NCBI RefSeq assembly: GCF_052938775.1
Contig: NZ_CM129038.1
Strand: one strand, 5' to 3'
DNA: 32,000 nt
A model generated the notes under the pieces. That model saw only the letters and a list, made by a program, of their open reading frames with translations. It did not search any database and had not been told where the DNA came from. Of the stretch, positions 30,397-32,000 are shown piece by piece; position 1 is the first letter of the stretch, and each line of letters starts with the position of its first letter. The translations under genes and the position numbers were made by a program.

Positions 30397-30442
30397 CTTT
30401 GTCTGCTTTTTGTTCGGCAGTCGTCGTATCTGTACATAATTT

Positions 30443-30631
30443 CTATTTTTTTGCCCTTAGTTCTGCACCAAATTTTTTGTAGTCATCTTCCGTTATGCTT
30501 TCTAGTCCCTTTGTTATTATCCATTCTAGAACTTTAGTATCTTTTACTGGTAAGGCTAGCATTGTTACGGCTTTTACAGTTTCTTTCTCTATTTTTCTCC
30601 ATTGAACATCGTTTATGTGCTTTGTTGGCAT
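30443..30631 (-). CDS. 62-aa phage B regulator, a distant counterpart of the phage A RHH-like regulator
   Basis: AGGAG SD upstream. It has the same length, orientation and position as the phage A regulator. The shared pattern is loose (W/Y-R-x-I/L-E ... K-x-x-E-W/I-I). It is divergent from rep. Confidence 0.6.
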   Translation of the reverse strand: MPTKHINDVQWRKIEKETVKAVTMLALPVKDTKVLEWIITKGLESITEDDYKKFGAELRAKK

Positions 30632-30748
30632 TTTCTTAGTCTCCTTTTATGTTTTCTGGATCATATATCTAAATACTTATACCTGTTGACTTTTATAATC
30701 TAAGAACTTATAAAACTAGTATAAATAATTTCTTAGAATCTAAGGGTT
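30632..30748. promoter_or_regulatory. Phage B divergent promoter/operator region
   Basis: A near-consensus promoter faces rep: TTGACT (30686-30691), 17 bp, TATAAA (30709-30714). CTTAG/CTAAG half-sites lie at 30635, 30700, 30732 and 30740. The palindrome CTTAG-AAT-CTAAG is at 30732-30744, and the 8-mer AATCTAAG occurs twice (30697 and 30737). Confidence 0.55.
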
Positions 30749-31798
30749 ATGATCGACTGGCTTACTGCAATTTATCCCTGTGTTCACGAGCCTTTGCCTT
30801 CCGGCTCAGTTATCAGTCTTGATGCATCAGGTGAGGTTGAGTGGAAGGCTGTTAAGCGTCTTGCTGTTCGTGGCTCTCATGAATCATCGTTGTACGTGCG
30901 TTCTGTCGGTTCTGATGGGGAAGGGCGTTGCTCCCATCTTTACATCGATGGCAATCCGTCAAAGTTTTTGCAGGGTCATAATGTTGTTGGTTCTGATGAT
31001 TTGCGTGGGCTTGCGGTTGCTGTTTATGCGCGTGTTTTGTCGTTACTGAATATTCCTCACCATATGTTCTCTTATCGTGAGGTCCTTGATGGTATGTTCC
31101 GGCTTCTGCGTGTTGATATTAATTACATGTTTGAACTGGGTTCTCTTGATAATGTTCGTAACTGGCTTTATGCCGCTGAATTTAAGGCCAGAACCCGTCA
31201 CGGTCGCGCCACGGGTAAGGGGGGAACGGTTTATTTTGGTCAGCATTCCCGTCGCTGGGGTGGTAAGGGTTATTCGAAATATGATGAACACATGAGCGGT
31301 AAAAAAGGTCATCAGATACCTGCTGAATTTGTTTATGCCGGATTACTTGACTGGTCCAGGGATAAATTACGTATTGAATTGATATTGCGATCTCTTGAAC
31401 TTAAGACAATTAATCATTCACTGGGAAAAAGCTGGACTACTGAAACAGCAATAAAATTATTTACTGATTATATAGGCAGAATAGAGATGAGTCAGAATGT
31501 TTTGCTAAGCGATGAAAAAATAAACAAATTATCTCGTTGTGTTAGGTCAACTTATTTACTTTGGAAACAGGGAGTAAATTTAAAATCTGTTTTACCAAAA
31601 CCTACTTTTTTTCGCCATCGTAAAGAACTACTTAATTTTGGCATTGATATTAATTTCTATTGTGAAACGCCGGATAAAAACAACATTATTCCGATGGTTC
31701 GTGTTCTTGAAGCCAGACCTGCAAAAATACCGCAATGGATATATGAAAAGGGTCTGATATTTGATTTTAACCGCACACCGTGTGCCGTGAATTACTGA
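30749..31798 (+). CDS. pII-family rolling-circle replication initiator (M13 gene II-like)
   Basis: 349 aa. MIDWLT... aligns with M13 MIDMLV.... NPSKFLQGHNVVGSDDL aligns with M13 SPAKVLQGHNVFGTTDL. NNIIPMVRVL aligns with M13 NNVVPLVRF. The M13 sequences are from memory. Confidence 0.8.
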   Translation: MIDWLTAIYPCVHEPLPSGSVISLDASGEVEWKAVKRLAVRGSHESSLYVRSVGSDGEGRCSHLYIDGNPSKFLQGHNVVGSDDLRGLAVAVYARVLSLLNIPHHMFSYREVLDGMFRLLRVDINYMFELGSLDNVRNWLYAAEFKARTRHGRATGKGGTVYFGQHSRRWGGKGYSKYDEHMSGKKGHQIPAEFVYAGLLDWSRDKLRIELILRSLELKTINHSLGKSWTTETAIKLFTDYIGRIEMSQNVLLSDEKINKLSRCVRSTYLLWKQGVNLKSVLPKPTFFRHRKELLNFGIDINFYCETPDKNNIIPMVRVLEARPAKIPQWIYEKGLIFDFNRTPCAVNY

Positions 31799-31808
31799 GA
31801 GGTAAGAT

Positions 31809-32000
31809 ATGATTAAAATTGAAATTAAGCCGTCACAGGTTGCCGTTGATGAACGCTCCGGTGAGAAGGACGGTAAAAAATGGGTGTCCCGTGAGCAGAA
31901 AGGATATATTTATCTTGGCGCTGATTACCCTGAGCTTTTTGTTTTTCCACTTGCAGATGGTCAGCCACCTTATGACGCCGGTTTTTATGAACTGACTGAG
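31809..32000 (+). CDS. gpV-like ssDNA-binding protein (3' end cut by the window edge)
   Basis: My own translation is MIKIEIKPSQVAVDERSGEKDGKKWVSREQKGYIYLGADYPELFVFPLADGQPPYDAGFYELTE. M13 gpV, from memory, reads MIKVEIKPSQAQFTTRSG...CYVDLGNEYPVLVKITLDEGQPAYAPGLYTV. The gene is not in the ORF track because it has no stop codon in the window. Confidence 0.85.
   Translation, partial: MIKIEIKPSQVAVDERSGEKDGKKWVSREQKGYIYLGADYPELFVFPLADGQPPYDAGFYELTE

Larger units (their letters stand above)
29965..32000 (+). mobile_element. Second, different filamentous prophage B (Ff-like), truncated by the window end
   Basis: It starts with an attP cassette that differs from the phage A cassette at 3 positions. 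Unrelated sequence follows, encoding a different 62-aa regulator, an M13 pII-family Rep and an M13 gpV-like ssDNA-binding protein. Confidence 0.85.

Overview
This is E. coli-type chromosomal DNA from the replication-terminus region, in two parts.

Host backbone (1-14170):
- The lsr autoinducer-2 locus: lsrD (partial), lsrC and lsrA on the minus strand, divergent from lsrR and lsrK.
- A 530-bp AT-rich spacer.
- A roughly 5.4-kb AIDA/Ag43-type autotransporter adhesin gene (yneO/ydeK-type), broken by an early frameshift.
- The hipBA toxin-antitoxin operon with its four TATCC-N8-GGATA operators.

Accessory region (14171-32000), starting 71 bp after hipA at the position of the chromosomal dif site:
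- The host XerC-binding arm of dif (GGTGCGCATAA) is fused directly to filamentous-phage DNA.
- Two head-to-tail copies of a 7,897-bp inovirus prophage ('phage A') follow. They appear base-identical.
- Each copy encodes an RHH-like regulator, a two-tyrosine HUH Rep, a putative ssDNA-binding protein, two small coat-like proteins, a pVIII-like major coat protein, and pIII-, pVI-, pI/Zot- and pIV-secretin-like proteins.
- A second, different inovirus ('phage B') begins at 29965. It is Ff-like, with clear M13 pII and pV homologues, and runs off the window.
- All three phage left ends carry the same structure: two inverted dif-like sites around a GC hairpin. This is the architecture of the CTXphi single-stranded attP.
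- No integrase, IS element, tRNA, rRNA or CRISPR array was seen.

The most interesting content is this hetero-tandem, Xer-exploiting inovirus array and its structure-preserving attP cassette, which is shared by two phages with unrelated replication and immunity modules.
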